In this document: positions 46,769 to 57,742 of the stretch, in pieces
Layout: every line of letters begins with the position of its first letter
How positions within the stretch are numbered: position 1 is the first letter of the stretch
DNA from: Bacteroidota bacterium
Lineage (GTDB): Bacteria > Bacteroidota > Bacteroidia > Chitinophagales > Chitinophagaceae
Direction of reading: 5' to 3'
Assembly (NCBI GenBank): GCA_018971025.1
Contig: JAGWVE010000003.1
Location: forward strand, 894-64,893
DNA: 64,000 nt
Program-made: the position numbers and the translations under genes
Notes under the pieces: generated by a model
What the model saw: the letters and a program-made list of their open reading frames with translations, nothing else
What the model was told of the DNA's origin: nothing
Databases searched by the model: none

Positions 46769-47638
46769 TTACAAATCTGCTAATGTAAAAGCTTCCCCGG
46801 CTCTAATACCTTTTTCTGTTTGTATGAGTTTTACGCATTCATGTGCCGCGTCGTGTTCAAAAAATAGTACATACTGTTTTTCAAGAGCTTCCTGCAAAAA
46901 CGATTTTTTCTCCCCAAGGGTTGTTAACGGAAACATATCATAAGACATTACATAAGGCAGTGGTAAATGCCCTACAGAAGGCAGCAAATCGGCCATATAA
47001 ACGATGGTATGACCTTTGTAATGAATTTGAGGTAGCATCATTTTTTCGGTGTGGCCGTGCACAAACCGGATATCCATATTATTTGTAAATGAAACGCTAT
47101 TTAGTAATCCGTTACTTGTAAAATGAGTAGCAGGAGCATCTATAAATGATAGTTGACCCGATGCCTGAATAGGTAAAATATTTTCTTTTAGAAACGACGC
47201 TTTTTCACGTTCATTGGGAACCGTAGCCCAGTTCCAATGCGCTTCATTGCTCCAGTATGTGGCATTTTTAAAAGCAGGGATTAATTTGTCACCGTCTTTT
47301 TTAATAGATCCGCCGCAGTGGTCAAAATGTAAATGGGTTAAAAAAACATCGGTGATATCACTTGGGTTAAAACCATGTTTTGCTAAGGATTTTTCGAGCG
47401 CATCATTTCCATGTAAATAATAATGTCCAAAAAATTTAGGGTCCTGTTTCTCCCCCATGCCGTTGTCTATAAGTATTAAACGGTTATCATCTTCTATAAG
47501 CAAGCAGCGCATCGCCCAACTGCACATATTATTTTCATCTGCTGGATTGGTTCTATTCCAAATACTTTTTGGCACCACACCAAACATAGCGCCACCATCA
47601 AGTTTAAAATTTCCTGCGTTTACAGAATATAGTTTCAT
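46769..47638 (-). CDS. MBL-fold metallo-hydrolase
   Basis: THLHFDHCGG metal-binding motif, 289 aa. Confidence 0.8.
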   Translation of the reverse strand: MKLYSVNAGNFKLDGGAMFGVVPKSIWNRTNPADENNMCSWAMRCLLIEDDNRLILIDNGMGEKQDPKFFGHYYLHGNDALEKSLAKHGFNPSDITDVFLTHLHFDHCGGSIKKDGDKLIPAFKNATYWSNEAHWNWATVPNEREKASFLKENILPIQASGQLSFIDAPATHFTSNGLLNSVSFTNNMDIRFVHGHTEKMMLPQIHYKGHTIVYMADLLPSVGHLPLPYVMSYDMFPLTTLGEKKSFLQEALEKQYVLFFEHDAAHECVKLIQTEKGIRAGEAFTLADL

Positions 47639-47642
47639 AGCG

Positions 47643-48959
47643 CTAGTTTGCTTTTGATGCGTGCAATTTATTTGCTTTAGCGGCTACACCTAGTAATATA
47701 AATCCAATTGCAAAAAACACAATCAGCACAAGGATTGAATTTCTTTGCGAGCCCGTCATTTCATTGATAAAACCAAAGCTAAACATGCCTATGACGATAG
47801 CTATTTTTTCGGTAACATCGTAAAAGCTAAAATAAGAGGTTGTGTCAGGCGTATCAGGCATGAGTTTGGCGTAGGTGCTTCTACTGAGTGATTGTATGCC
47901 ACCCATAATAAAACCAACGCAAGTAGCTAGTGCATAAAACTGCATCACACCATCTCTTGGAAGCAAATAGCCCATAATACACATCACCACCCAAATAGAT
48001 ACGGTTATCATGAGGGTTGTAAAATTGCCTAATTTTTTGGAAAGCTTGGCAATGGCATAGGCGCCAGGTATAGCAACCAATTGAATAATTAAAATGGCAA
48101 TAATTAAATTGGTTGTAGGAATATTTAGTTCGCTCTTTCCATAAAGGGTGGCCGCTAACATAACGGTTTGTACACCCATATTGTAAAAGAAAAACGCCGC
48201 CAAAAATCTTTTGAGCACAGGCATATGCGTAAGTAGTTTCCAAACTTTATGCAATTCTTTGTACCCCCCCGTAAATATGTTTCCTGAATGATTTTTGGTA
48301 GCAGGCTTCCCTTTTGGCAAGCGTCTTAAAGCCCACTGTCCAAAACCCCACCACCAAATACCAACTAGCAAAAATGAAAGTTGTGATGCTTTACCTGTTG
48401 TGATACCAAAAAGATCTGGTTTTAATACAAATACAAAACAAATGATTTGTAAAATAACGCTTCCGATATACCCCATTACAAAGCCTCTTGCGCTTACCCT
48501 GTCTTGATCTTCGGGGGCTGCTATTTCAGGCAGGTATGAGTTGTAAAATACAAGGCTACTCCAAAATCCAACGCATGCTATAATCATACAAAGGAGACCA
48601 TATAGTAAATTACTGCTATCATAAAAATAAAGGGCACTACAGGCAATGCTACCCATGGTACAAAAGAAAAATAAAAAACTTTTTTTATTGCCTTTATAAT
48701 CCGCAATAGAAGAGAGTACAGGACTCATGAGTGCAACAATAACAAACGCAACACCAAGGGCATAATTGTAGAGCGCTGTATTTACAAATGTTCTTCCAAA
48801 TAAAGTAACGCTATCAACCGTTGTATCTGGATTACCATCGCCGGTAACGGCTTCGTAGTATGCCGGAAAAATAGTGGAAGTTATAACAAGGTTATAAACG
48901 CTATTGGCCCAATCATACATGGCCCATCCATTAATTACTTTTTTGGGTGCTGTTTGCAT
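47643..48959 (-). CDS. MFS transporter (UMF1/Atg22-like family)
   Basis: About 12 TM segments. N-terminus INGWAMYDWANSVY is typical of the UMF1 family. Confidence 0.75.
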   Translation of the reverse strand: MQTAPKKVINGWAMYDWANSVYNLVITSTIFPAYYEAVTGDGNPDTTVDSVTLFGRTFVNTALYNYALGVAFVIVALMSPVLSSIADYKGNKKSFLFFFCTMGSIACSALYFYDSSNLLYGLLCMIIACVGFWSSLVFYNSYLPEIAAPEDQDRVSARGFVMGYIGSVILQIICFVFVLKPDLFGITTGKASQLSFLLVGIWWWGFGQWALRRLPKGKPATKNHSGNIFTGGYKELHKVWKLLTHMPVLKRFLAAFFFYNMGVQTVMLAATLYGKSELNIPTTNLIIAILIIQLVAIPGAYAIAKLSKKLGNFTTLMITVSIWVVMCIMGYLLPRDGVMQFYALATCVGFIMGGIQSLSRSTYAKLMPDTPDTTSYFSFYDVTEKIAIVIGMFSFGFINEMTGSQRNSILVLIVFFAIGFILLGVAAKANKLHASKAN

Positions 48960-49021
48960 GCAATCGTTTTTGTTTTCTTAAAGATAAGGGCTTCAAGTGC
49001 AAAACAAAAGCGGCTGCCCAA

Positions 49022-49819
49022 TTATTTTAATAAGCCTGTATAGATAAGGGCTAATAATGTGATACCAGCGATAATGCGGTACCATCCAAATAGTTTAAAT
49101 CCATGCTTTTGTAGGAATCCTATAAAAAATTTAATAGCGATTAGGGCTACAATAAATGCAACGACATTGCCCACACCTAATAGGATCAAATTTTCTTTAT
49201 TCAAAAGAATTTCTGGGGTTGTTTTATAGGCTTTTAAGAGCTTGTAACCAGTGGCAGCAGCCATGGTAGGAACGGCTAAAAAGAAAGAGAATTCTGCGGC
49301 TACACTTCTGGTTAATTTTTGTTGCATACCGCCAATAATGGTTGCAGCACTGCGGCTCATACCTGGTATGAGTGCTAGGCATTGCCAAAAGCCAATCATT
49401 AAACCTTTATTGAAAGTGATTTTTTCTTCTGATTCTACTATTGGTGCCTTAAATAAATTGTCTACAAATAGCAATACAACGCCACCTAACAGCAAGGTTA
49501 CTGCAACCGTGATAGGGCTTTCTAATAATGCATCAATGGCATCTGATAAAACAAAACCAATAGCCAGTGCAGGCGTTACGGCCACTAATAATTTGATGTA
49601 AAATTTCCATTTATTGAGCGGAAAAAACTTTTTGTGGTAGAGTACTACCACCGATAAAATAGCACCTAGTTGGATACATACTTCAAAAAGTTTAGTGAAA
49701 TCATCTGAGGCAATTCCAAGTAAGGAACTGGTGATAATCATATGCCCTGTAGAAGAAATAGGCAAGAATTCTGTTAGTCCTTCTACGATGGCAATAACAA
49801 CAGCTTCAAATAAATGCAT
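49022..49819 (-). CDS. uppP: undecaprenyl-diphosphate phosphatase
   Basis: [25 protein letters not shown]. 265 aa, 8 TM segments. Confidence 0.92.
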   Translation of the reverse strand: MHLFEAVVIAIVEGLTEFLPISSTGHMIITSSLLGIASDDFTKLFEVCIQLGAILSVVVLYHKKFFPLNKWKFYIKLLVAVTPALAIGFVLSDAIDALLESPITVAVTLLLGGVVLLFVDNLFKAPIVESEEKITFNKGLMIGFWQCLALIPGMSRSAATIIGGMQQKLTRSVAAEFSFFLAVPTMAAATGYKLLKAYKTTPEILLNKENLILLGVGNVVAFIVALIAIKFFIGFLQKHGFKLFGWYRIIAGITLLALIYTGLLK

Positions 49820-49856
49820 GAAAATAAATTGGATAAAAAAGAGATGACGCTAAAGC

Positions 49857-50096
49857 TTATTTCCCCTTTTTAAAGATGGCATAAATTTCAATCACAAACC
49901 CAAGAATAATGACAATTGGCGCAATGGTAATACGGGTAGTGCTATATACTTCTTTGGTATCAAACACAGCAGGGTCAGTGCTTTTGCCACCACTGAGTAA
50001 ATAAAATCCAATCGCAATTACAAGCCCACCAATGAGCATCCAGGTGTAATTAGATTTTGTGAATAGGGTAGGTAAAGATTTTTTTTCCTGACTCAT
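49857..50096 (-). CDS. DUF3098 domain-containing small membrane protein
   Basis: 79 aa, two TM segments. It lies between ftsX and uppP, as is common in Bacteroidota. Confidence 0.55.
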   Translation of the reverse strand: MSQEKKSLPTLFTKSNYTWMLIGGLVIAIGFYLLSGGKSTDPAVFDTKEVYSTTRITIAPIVIILGFVIEIYAIFKKGK

Positions 50097-50142
50097 AATA
50101 TGTTTTTGTAAATGTATTAAAATCGAAGATAAGAAGCGTTGT

Positions 50143-51018
50143 TTAATAAAGATCGTCTAGTTTCATTTTTAAATACTTGAGAACGCTTCGGTGCGTGCTG
50201 TACACAGAAATACCTACGCCCATTAAAATAAGACCACCGTATAAAAATAAGGTTACTTGAAAATCTCTAATGGCTTTTAATTGCGGAAATTGGCTTTCGG
50301 CCCAGCTTACAATGGTAAATACAAGCACAATGGCAATGCCTGAACTTATCAAACCATTAATGATCGCTCTAATGGTTAACGGCTTAATAATAAAGCCGCG
50401 GGTAGCACCCACCATTTGCATGGTTTTAATTAAAAAACGGTTGCTAAACATGGCAAGCCTAATGGTATTGTCAATGCTAATAATAACAATCGAACATAAA
50501 ATAATGGCAACCACCAAAAAGATAAGACCAATTTTTGAAGCTCTTTCGTTAAGGCTGGTCACTAAACTTTTTGGGTATTGAAGATCGGTAAGTTGATTGC
50601 CATAACGGGCCATGAGCTCCGTAGCAATCTTGCTCAATGAATCTTGGTTTACGTACTCGGCCTTAGCGTAAAAATCTATGCTTTCCGGAAGCGGGTTTGA
50701 ATCCAATATTTTAGCCCAATCTTCGCTGTTTTCTTTGTTCCAAATGGCCTGCGCCGTTTGCTTATTTACGTAGGTAACCGTTTTTGTATACGGGCGTTCC
50801 GCAATAAATGCCTGAATTTGACCAATGGTGTCTTTGTTAAGGGTTCTGAGGTAGGCACTTACGCGTATATCTTCCTTGAAAGTGTTGCCAACGGCATTGA
50901 TATTTAAGAAAAACCAGCCCATAATACCCATAATAAGCAGTACGAGGGCAACGCCCACTATGCTATAGATATAATTAGGTTTGCTGCGTTTCAAAGACAT
51001 TTTAGCACTATCCGTCAT
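50143..51018 (-). CDS. ftsX: cell division protein FtsX-like permease
   Basis: N-terminal TM helix, periplasmic loop, three C-terminal TM helices with MQMVGATRGFI. No adjacent ftsE. Confidence 0.8.
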   Translation of the reverse strand: MTDSAKMSLKRSKPNYIYSIVGVALVLLIMGIMGWFFLNINAVGNTFKEDIRVSAYLRTLNKDTIGQIQAFIAERPYTKTVTYVNKQTAQAIWNKENSEDWAKILDSNPLPESIDFYAKAEYVNQDSLSKIATELMARYGNQLTDLQYPKSLVTSLNERASKIGLIFLVVAIILCSIVIISIDNTIRLAMFSNRFLIKTMQMVGATRGFIIKPLTIRAIINGLISSGIAIVLVFTIVSWAESQFPQLKAIRDFQVTLFLYGGLILMGVGISVYSTHRSVLKYLKMKLDDLY

Positions 51019-51124
51019 AGTAAATCAGGTAAATTGAGGTTATTTAGATTCAATTTCTTGTAAAATTGGGTTCTTTCACTGCTTTTCTGCTCGGCCTCAA
51101 AGGTAGTGTTTATGCCTAAAGGCT

Positions 51125-51132
51125 TACCTTTG
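51125..51132 (+). promoter_or_regulatory. -7 box TACCTTTG (leuS)
   Basis: 83 nt upstream of the ATG at 51216. Confidence 0.45.
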
Positions 51133-51215
51133 CAGCTCAAAATAGAACCAATTTTCACTTAAGTATAACGTAAAAAATAGTTGTAAAGTATACGACTAGC
51201 AAAGAGGCTTGAAAC

Positions 51216-53981
51216 ATGGAATATAATTTTAGTGCAATCGAGAAAAAATGGCAGGCAGCTTGGAAAGCGTCGGATGCCTATAAGGTGAGTAATGAGTCTT
51301 CAAAACCCAAGTATTACGTGCTTGATATGTTCCCTTATCCAAGTGGTGCTGGCCTGCATGTAGGGCATCCGTTAGGGTATATTGCTTCTGATATTTTTAG
51401 CAGGTACAAAAGATTAAAAGGATTTAATGTGCTACATCCGATGGGTTATGACGCTTTTGGACTGCCCGCAGAACAATATGCGATCGAGCATGGCGTACAT
51501 CCAGCAGTGAGCACCCATAAAAATATAGATACGTTTAGAGCGCAGCTCGATAATATTGGATTTAGTTACGACTGGAGTAGAGAAATTAGAACCTGTGACG
51601 CTACTTATTACAAATGGACGCAATGGATTTTTTTACAACTCTTTAATAGTTTTTACAACACGCAAAAAAGTAAAGCAGAACCCATTCAAAATTTGATTGA
51701 GACATTTGAAAAAAATGGTAATGCGGAGCATGAATGTCCTTCAGATGCAAGCATTCAATTTACGGCAGCTCAGTGGAAGGCGTATTCGAATCAGGAACAA
51801 CAGCAAATTTTAATGCAGTACCGCCTTGCTTTTTGTGGCCATGGTGAAGTAAATTGGTGCGAAGCACTTGGTACCGTTTTAGCCAATGATGAAGTAGTCA
51901 ATGGGGTGAGTGAAAGAGGCGGACATCCAGTGGTAAAAAAGAAATTACGTCAGTGGTATTTACGCATCACTGCTTATGCAGATAGACTCTTGTCAGGCCT
52001 TGATACCATTGAGTTTAGTGAAGCCATGAAAGAAATGCAAACCAACTGGATTGGTAAATCTTATGGCGCCGAAATTGATTTTAAAATTGCTTCTGCGGCA
52101 CTCGATACAGACGCTACCTTAACTGTGTACACCACAAGACCTGATACTATTTTTGGTGTCGATTTTATGGTGGTAGCGCCGGAGCATGATATCATTGCAG
52201 CCATCACAACTAAAGAACAACAAATTGCTGTAGACAATTATATCGCGTATGTAAAAAGCAGAAGTGATAGAGAGCGTCAAGCAGAGAAAAAAATATCCGG
52301 TTGCTTTACGGGCGCCTTTGCAGTGAATCCATTTAATGGTAAACAAATTCCAATTTGGATTTCTGAATATGTATTAGCAGGGTATGGCACTGGTGCAATT
52401 ATGGCAGTTCCATGTGGCGATGAGCGTGATCACAAATTTGCGCAACATTTTAATATTCCAATCACCAATATTATTGGAGATGCTTATGATGGTACCGAAG
52501 CCAACGCAACAAAAGATGCCCCACTATTTAATAGTGATTTCTTAAACGGCATTATCATGCGCGACGCTATCGAAATTGCACTTGCAAAATTAGAAGAGCG
52601 CGGCATTGGCAAACGCAAAGTGAATTATAAAATGCGCGATGCGGCTTTTAGTAGACAAAGGTATTGGGGTGAGCCTTTTCCGGTACAATGGAACAATGGC
52701 GTTGCGGTTGCATTAGATGAAACGGAGCTTCCATTGTTACTACCTGAGGTAGATTCTTATAGTCCGGGTCCAGAGGGTGAAGGCCCGCTTGCCAATATTC
52801 CAGCATGGGTAGAAAAAGAGCTGGAAACCAATACCATGCCGGGTTACGCAGGTAGTAGCTGGTATTTTTTACGCTATATGGACCCACACAACACGGATGT
52901 ATTTTGTGACCGTAAAGTAAGTGATTACTGGAACCAGGTAGACTTATATATTGGTGGTACCGAACATGCGGTAGGGCATTTGTTATACAGCCGTATGTGG
53001 ACCAAAGTTTTATTTGATCTTGGTCATATTGGTTTTGACGAGCCGTTTAGAAAGCTCTTAAACCAAGGCATGATTCAGGGAAGCAGCCGTTTTGTTTTCC
53101 GTAAAAAAGGAACCCAAGTATTTGTTTCGGCAGGACTTGTGGGAAATACAGAGGTAGATAAATTACACGTTGATGTAAACATGGTGGACGGCGTAGAATT
53201 AGATATGGAAGCGTTTAAAAAATGGCGCAACAATGAATACGCAAATGCAAGTTTTGAATTGGAAAACGGAAAATATATCTGCGGCGTTGAGGTTGAAAAA
53301 ATGTCTAAGTCTAAATTCAATACCGTTAACCCAGATATTTTAGTAGAAAAATATGGTGCCGATACATTTAGAATGTATGAAATGTTTTTAGGCCCTGTCG
53401 ATCAAAGCAAACCTTGGGATACTAAAGGTATTGAAGGGGTTCACCGTTTTATTAAAAAATTATGGCGCTTGTTTTTTGATGAAGAAAAAGGTGCTGTATA
53501 CAACACTGAACCAGCTAGCCCCGAAGCATTAAAAATATTACACCGTACCATTAAAAAAATTGAAGAAGATACAGAGCGCTTTAGTTTTAATACAGCCGTG
53601 AGTGCTTTTATGATTTGTGTGAATGATTTAGCAGATATTAAATGTCATTCGTTAGAAGTATTGTCGCCGCTACTTGTTTTATTAACGCCCTATGCACCAC
53701 ATGTGGCCGCAGAGTTGTGGACCGCGACTGGTAATGAAGGATCTGTGTTAGACGCAAGCTATCCTGTTTTTGATGCAAAGCATGTCACAGAATCTTCTAA
53801 AGAATATCCAGTAAGTATCAACGGAAAAGTGCGTACCAATATTTCTATTGCACTAGACGCTTCTGAAGAAGAAGTTACAGCGATTGTTTTAGCAGACACC
53901 CTCATTCAAAAATGGATGGAAGGAAAGCCTGTTAAAAAATTCATTTTTGTAAAAGGTCGTATGATTAATGTGGTAGTGTAG
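51216..53981 (+). CDS. leuS: leucine--tRNA ligase
   Basis: HVGHPLGY (HIGH), KMSKSK, CP1 editing domain. 921 aa. Confidence 0.97.
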   Translation: MEYNFSAIEKKWQAAWKASDAYKVSNESSKPKYYVLDMFPYPSGAGLHVGHPLGYIASDIFSRYKRLKGFNVLHPMGYDAFGLPAEQYAIEHGVHPAVSTHKNIDTFRAQLDNIGFSYDWSREIRTCDATYYKWTQWIFLQLFNSFYNTQKSKAEPIQNLIETFEKNGNAEHECPSDASIQFTAAQWKAYSNQEQQQILMQYRLAFCGHGEVNWCEALGTVLANDEVVNGVSERGGHPVVKKKLRQWYLRITAYADRLLSGLDTIEFSEAMKEMQTNWIGKSYGAEIDFKIASAALDTDATLTVYTTRPDTIFGVDFMVVAPEHDIIAAITTKEQQIAVDNYIAYVKSRSDRERQAEKKISGCFTGAFAVNPFNGKQIPIWISEYVLAGYGTGAIMAVPCGDERDHKFAQHFNIPITNIIGDAYDGTEANATKDAPLFNSDFLNGIIMRDAIEIALAKLEERGIGKRKVNYKMRDAAFSRQRYWGEPFPVQWNNGVAVALDETELPLLLPEVDSYSPGPEGEGPLANIPAWVEKELETNTMPGYAGSSWYFLRYMDPHNTDVFCDRKVSDYWNQVDLYIGGTEHAVGHLLYSRMWTKVLFDLGHIGFDEPFRKLLNQGMIQGSSRFVFRKKGTQVFVSAGLVGNTEVDKLHVDVNMVDGVELDMEAFKKWRNNEYANASFELENGKYICGVEVEKMSKSKFNTVNPDILVEKYGADTFRMYEMFLGPVDQSKPWDTKGIEGVHRFIKKLWRLFFDEEKGAVYNTEPASPEALKILHRTIKKIEEDTERFSFNTAVSAFMICVNDLADIKCHSLEVLSPLLVLLTPYAPHVAAELWTATGNEGSVLDASYPVFDAKHVTESSKEYPVSINGKVRTNISIALDASEEEVTAIVLADTLIQKWMEGKPVKKFIFVKGRMINVVV

Positions 53982-53998
53982 AACTGCTCTTTTTTAAC

Positions 53999-54006
53999 TA
54001 GATTTG
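53999..54006 (+). promoter_or_regulatory. -7 box TAGATTTG, 4 nt before the ATG of ruvB
   Basis: TAGATTTG-AAAC-ATG. Confidence 0.5.
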
Positions 54007-54010
54007 AAAC

Positions 54011-55045
54011 ATGTCTAACGCCAATTTAAATACCGACGCCTCTAATTTAACTTCTGCAGACAAGGAGTTTGAAAACGCCATTCGTCCATCCGAAATCAAT
54101 GATTTTTCGGGCCAGCCTCAGCTCATAGAAAACCTAGTTATTTTTATTAAGGCTGCAAAGCTTAGAGGCGAAGCATTAGACCACGTTTTATTTCATGGCC
54201 CTCCCGGACTTGGTAAAACAACCCTGAGCCGTATTGTGGCCAATGAACTTGGCGTAAATATTAAAGAAACGTCGGGCCCAGTTATAGAAAAGCCAGGCGA
54301 TTTAGCAGGCCTACTAACCAACTTAGGCCCTAACGACGTTTTGTTTATTGATGAAATTCACCGCTTAAGCACTGTTGTAGAAGAATATTTATACGCTGCG
54401 ATGGAGGATTTTAGAATTGACATTATGATTGATTCTGGCCCTAATGCACGTAGTGTTCAAATCAATTTAAATCCATTTACACTGGTGGGTGCTACCACTC
54501 GCTCTGGTTTATTAACGGCGCCATTGTTATCACGTTTTGGTATTAAATCAAGGCTCGAATATTACCAGGCCGATACCCTTCAAAAAATTATTGAAAGAAG
54601 TGCTACCATTTTAAACACAAAAATAAATACGGATGCTGCATTTGAAATTGCGCGCAGAAGTAGAGGGACACCTCGTATTGCCAACGGACTACTTCGTAGG
54701 GTTAGAGATTTTGCACAGGTATTAAATGATGGCAAAATTGATTTAGGTATTACGCAACATGGGCTCAAGGCATTAAATGTAGATGCGCACGGACTAGACG
54801 AGATGGATAACCGCATTTTGCTAACCATCATAGACAAATTCAAAGGTGGCCCTGTAGGCTTAACCACGATTGCTACTGCAGTTGGTGAAGAAGCCGGCAC
54901 ACTTGAAGAAGTGTATGAACCTTTTTTAATTCAAGAAGGATTTTTGCAACGCACGCCTAGGGGTAGAGAAGTAACGGCCAAAGCGTATACACACCTTGGC
55001 CGTTTAGCAGGCTTATCAAATAAGCCCAATTTATTTTCTGAGTAA
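54011..55045 (+). CDS. ruvB: Holliday junction branch migration DNA helicase RuvB
   Basis: [35 protein letters not shown]. Confidence 0.97.
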   Translation: MSNANLNTDASNLTSADKEFENAIRPSEINDFSGQPQLIENLVIFIKAAKLRGEALDHVLFHGPPGLGKTTLSRIVANELGVNIKETSGPVIEKPGDLAGLLTNLGPNDVLFIDEIHRLSTVVEEYLYAAMEDFRIDIMIDSGPNARSVQINLNPFTLVGATTRSGLLTAPLLSRFGIKSRLEYYQADTLQKIIERSATILNTKINTDAAFEIARRSRGTPRIANGLLRRVRDFAQVLNDGKIDLGITQHGLKALNVDAHGLDEMDNRILLTIIDKFKGGPVGLTTIATAVGEEAGTLEEVYEPFLIQEGFLQRTPRGREVTAKAYTHLGRLAGLSNKPNLFSE

Positions 55046-55051
55046 TGATGA

Positions 55052-55750
55052 CTAAGGAGCTACGAGTCTAAATCCGTTACCATGAATGTTAACGATTTCG
55101 ATTTTTGTATCCTCTTTTAAGTACTTGCGTAATTTGGCAATATACACGTCCATACTTCTTCCATTAAAATAGGTATCGCTGCCCCAAATCTTTTTGAGCG
55201 CTCTTTCTCTTGGAAGTAAATCATTTTTGTGTTCCGCTAACATTTTTAGTAGTTCATTTTCTTTAGGAGATAAAATATGAACGGTAGGGCCAATTTTTAA
55301 TTCACGAAGTCTTGGATTAAAATGATAACCTCCTAAATCAAATTCAATATTGTCATTGATCTTATTTTCCTCTTCGCCACGCTTAAGCATCGCTTTGATT
55401 TTTAAAAGCAATACTTCACTGTCAAAAGGCTTGGTAATATAATCGTCAGCACCAAGCTTATAACCCTGAATAATGTCTTCTTTCATGGTTTTTGCACTTA
55501 AAAAAAACAGGGGTATGTCTGGATCAACGTCTCTAATTTCTTCGGCTAGTGTAAACCCATCCATATTGGGCATCATCACATCCAACAAACAAATGTCAAA
55601 CTTTTCGCGCTGAAAAGCGGCCAATCCCAAACGGCCATCGCGCTCTAGTGTAACATCGTAATCTGTGAGTTCTAGGTAGTTTTTTAAAACCATACCTAAG
55701 TTGGTGTCATCTTCACAAAGTAAAATCTTGTATTTTTTTGCTTCTTCCAT
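55052..55750 (-). CDS. response regulator transcription factor (OmpR/PhoB type)
   Basis: Receiver domain (ILLCEDD...DICLLDVMMP...SAKT) plus a winged-helix C-terminal domain (LSPKENELLKML...VYIAKLRKYL...GFRL). No sensor kinase gene is adjacent. Confidence 0.9.
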   Translation of the reverse strand: MEEAKKYKILLCEDDTNLGMVLKNYLELTDYDVTLERDGRLGLAAFQREKFDICLLDVMMPNMDGFTLAEEIRDVDPDIPLFFLSAKTMKEDIIQGYKLGADDYITKPFDSEVLLLKIKAMLKRGEEENKINDNIEFDLGGYHFNPRLRELKIGPTVHILSPKENELLKMLAEHKNDLLPRERALKKIWGSDTYFNGRSMDVYIAKLRKYLKEDTKIEIVNIHGNGFRLVAP

Positions 55751-55830
55751 GGGACTATGTTTTATGTGAAATAAAGGTAAATTAATAAGTGTTGATGCAG
55801 TTGAACTTCCAATATTTTGTTAAAACAAAT

Positions 55831-57735
55831 TTAGGCGAGCTGTATGGTGCCGTCTTCGTTCATTATCAATCTGTTCTCAGATTCTAAAAACCGAATCACT
55901 TCCCAGGTATTTTCTTTTTTATCGTCTCCAATGGTAGCAATGATATGAGCAGTAGGGACGGGTGTTTTGCCAACTTGAGCAAGTAGGGCTTTTTCTATGG
56001 CAGCAAAGCCCGCATCGTCTATTTTATTTTTTTTCTGTGACAGGCAGTAATCGCAAATGCCACAAGGGTCTTTATCAATATCTCCAAAATAGTTGCCTAT
56101 AAAAACACTGCGACAACAGCCTGGGTTTGTTGCAAAGTGTATAAGGGTGTTTATACGGTCCGTAAAAGCTTTTTTTCTTTTGAGGTACTGATCTTTATCA
56201 ATGTGTAAAAAAGCGGCAGGCGCACGGTTTACTAAAAAGTGAATTTGCGGTGTTTCTTTTTGAGGCAAATATTCTATAATACCCATCGCCGCTAATTGCT
56301 GAAGCTGCTTTTGAACGCCCATTGCATCTAGTTTACAGATGCCTCCCAATCTCTTTTCAAATACCGAAATACGGTTATCAAAAATGCCCTGGTAACTTCT
56401 TAATAGTGCTTTAATTAGGGGTTCAAATACAGGATAAGCTTCTTCAAAAGTTTCTAAACTTTTTTTGGAACAAGTAAAGCAAACCTGCGTGGGTAAAAAT
56501 ATATTTTCTGAAAACTGAATATGTCCTTCAAGCTCCAATACTTTTAATGTTTGGGTAACAATTGCAAGGTCTAATTTAAAATTATTGCAAAACTCCAATA
56601 CATTAAAATCATAATAGCTGCCTTCACCAATTCCTACAGGTAATTGTAAATAATTGGCAATGGCTTGATAAATATTTTTTATAGTATCAATGGATGGAAA
56701 CCTAGTCTCATGAAGGTTACGGGCCTTTGTAATATCGGCACTGGTGGCTAGTAAAACGGCGTATGCTTTTTTACCGTCACGCCCAGCTCTACCTGCTTCT
56801 TGGTAATAATTTTCGAGGCAGTCAGGCATGTCGTAATGAATAACAGTGCGTACATCGTCTTTATCGATACCCATACCAAATGCAGAAGTACACACCATGA
56901 TGCGCGTTTCTCCAGTCATCCATTTTTTTTGTTTAAGCTGCCTTTCTTCAGCGCTGAGTCCTGCATGGTAATAATCGGCGCTAATTTTTTGAAGCATCAA
57001 TAATTCGGTAATATCTTTTGTTTGTTTTCTAGTATTGCAATAAACAATACCACCTCCTTGTACACTTTTAATAATTTCGAGGGTCTTATTGATTTTACTT
57101 TCTACTTCAAAATAACTATAAGAGAGTGCTGGACGCTTGTAGGGTTGTCTAAAAATAGCGTGCTCCTTAAACGATAGTTTTTCTATAATGGTTGCTTCTA
57201 CTTCTTTGGTAGCAGATGCTGTTAGTGCAATAACGGGTACGCCACGAAGTTCTTTTCTAAGATCTGCAATGCGCAAATAGGGTGGTCTGAAATCGTACCC
57301 CCACTGCGCAATACAGTGAGCTTCGTCCACCGCAATCAGTGAAATGTCTAATGCAGGTAAATATTCTTTAAATAAATTAGATTCTATGCGTTCTGGTGAT
57401 AGGTATAAAAACTTATAAGCACCACTTGTACATGCTTGCAGTGTTTCTTTAACAGCGCCAAAAGGCATGCCACTATGAATGACTGCTGCATCAATTCCTT
57501 TTTCTTGTAGGTTGTTTACCTGATCTTGCATGAGCGCAATAAGTGGGCTGATAACTAGGCACATGCCATCTTGCATGAGTGCGGGTACCTGAAAACAAAT
57601 TGATTTCCCACCTCCAGTGGGTAATAATGCCAACACGTCTTTTTGTGCCAATACCGCATCAATGATGTCTGATTGTAGTGGCCTAAACTGCGCATGCCCC
57701 CAATATTTTTCTAGTATTTGTAATGGTGTAGACAT
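55831..57735 (-). CDS. recQ: RecQ-family ATP-dependent DNA helicase
   Basis: LLPTGGGKSICFQ, DEAHCIAQWGYDFRP, QEAGRAGRDG. Cys cluster CCRS...CGICDYC. Confidence 0.9.
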   Translation of the reverse strand: MSTPLQILEKYWGHAQFRPLQSDIIDAVLAQKDVLALLPTGGGKSICFQVPALMQDGMCLVISPLIALMQDQVNNLQEKGIDAAVIHSGMPFGAVKETLQACTSGAYKFLYLSPERIESNLFKEYLPALDISLIAVDEAHCIAQWGYDFRPPYLRIADLRKELRGVPVIALTASATKEVEATIIEKLSFKEHAIFRQPYKRPALSYSYFEVESKINKTLEIIKSVQGGGIVYCNTRKQTKDITELLMLQKISADYYHAGLSAEERQLKQKKWMTGETRIMVCTSAFGMGIDKDDVRTVIHYDMPDCLENYYQEAGRAGRDGKKAYAVLLATSADITKARNLHETRFPSIDTIKNIYQAIANYLQLPVGIGEGSYYDFNVLEFCNNFKLDLAIVTQTLKVLELEGHIQFSENIFLPTQVCFTCSKKSLETFEEAYPVFEPLIKALLRSYQGIFDNRISVFEKRLGGICKLDAMGVQKQLQQLAAMGIIEYLPQKETPQIHFLVNRAPAAFLHIDKDQYLKRKKAFTDRINTLIHFATNPGCCRSVFIGNYFGDIDKDPCGICDYCLSQKKNKIDDAGFAAIEKALLAQVGKTPVPTAHIIATIGDDKKENTWEVIRFLESENRLIMNEDGTIQLA

Positions 57736-57742
57736 GCGGCGC

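Noticed and set aside
51133-51215. The 83-nt leuS leader as a possible T-box, attenuator or leader peptide.
   Set aside because: I found no specifier or antiterminator-like helices, no stable hairpin longer than 5 bp, and no Leu-rich mini-ORF. T-boxes are not expected in this phylum.
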